This document shows positions 63,316-64,000 of a DNA stretch of 64,000 nucleotides, piece by piece. The notes under the pieces are model-generated. The model did not search any database. It was not told where the DNA came from and saw only the letters and a list, made by a program, of their open reading frames with translations. Every line of letters starts with the position of its first letter. The first letter of the stretch is position 1. The stretch is from Priapulus caudatus (taxonomy: Eukaryota). The position numbers were made by a program, and so were the translations under genes. The DNA lies in contig NW_014577081.1 of the NCBI RefSeq assembly GCF_000485595.1, forward strand, positions 54,721-118,720, in the 5' to 3' direction.

Positions 63316-63990
63316 AAAAGAACGAGGCTGAGCGAGGGACAGAGGGGGAGGCAAGGGAAGGACAGGATCGAGGGGATGAATTAGTAGTTTTGCTGTCCAC
63401 AGGCTAGGGCGCTCTCCCACTCATAAACACAGACCTACTGATAACAACTTATTTCATAAATACATGCTGAGATATCCCCTAACTATTTTAAATGCATATC
63501 CATGACAAAATATAACTCCTCTGGTGAGATATTGCGCATACGCTAACACACTAACGTAACCAAATTGTGTACTAACTGGTATATGCAGCGGGCAACTTAC
63601 ATGCGAGTTCTTCTTCTTATTTCTCAAGAGAGGTATACTGATGAAATATTATCATATACATCTATGCTAGAATACCTCTTCCCTATTCTAAATGCATAAT
63701 TTTTCAAAAATATTATTTTTCTTGGGATATATTGCGCATGCGCGAGCACCGTTTCAGGCGTGCAGTATTGACTGAAGAACACTGCATAATATAGCTTGCT
63801 ATGAGAGAAAGAGGGTTGGGAGACGGAGGAAAGGCGGCAGGGAAGAAAGCTGAGGGCGGTAAAACAGAATGAGGCTGAGCGAGGGACAGAGGGGGAGGCA
63901 AGGGAAGGACAGAAGGGGATCAATTAGTCGTTTTGCTGCCCACAGGCTAGGGCGCTCTCCCAATCATAAACACAGGTCTACTGATAACAA
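63316..63990. repeat. ~130-bp direct repeat pair (63316-63449 and 63861-63990)
   Basis: GAGGCTGAGCGAGGGACAGAGGGGGAGGCAAGGGAAGGACAG...CACAGGCTAGGGCGCTCTCCCA.TCATAAACACAG...CTACTGATAACAA present twice. Confidence 0.85.
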
Positions 63991-64000
63991 TTTAATTCTT

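Overview
Eukaryotic (non-vertebrate animal-like) genomic window with two spliced protein-coding genes arranged head-to-head. (1) A MAGI-family scaffold gene lies on the minus strand: PDZ0-GK-WW-WW-PDZ1-5 plus a long low-complexity tail. I assembled 19 coding exons by hand from 52292 down to 2498; all are GT-AG and phase-consistent, giving about 1500 aa. (2) UBE2N/Ubc13 lies on the plus strand (5 exons, 55341-59562, 153 aa). The two share a short putative bidirectional promoter at about 54960-55340. The introns are packed with non-autonomous DNA transposons whose target-site duplications (TSDs) can be read directly: 3 bp (Harbinger-like), 5-6 bp (CAG-ended, hAT-like), 7 bp (tiny hairpins), 8 bp (P/hAT-like) and 9 bp or longer (Mutator-like with telomere-like cores). 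Also present are Helentron-type elements, three LINE fragments, several mini- and microsatellites, a ~3.4 kb tandem duplication with noisy long-read-like sequence, and three N gaps. I found no tRNA, rRNA or CRISPR array, and no clear-cut new protein-coding system. The most unusual signals are the mobile-element families and candidate MAGI isoform or regulatory features. All coordinates were read by eye and no database searches were run.
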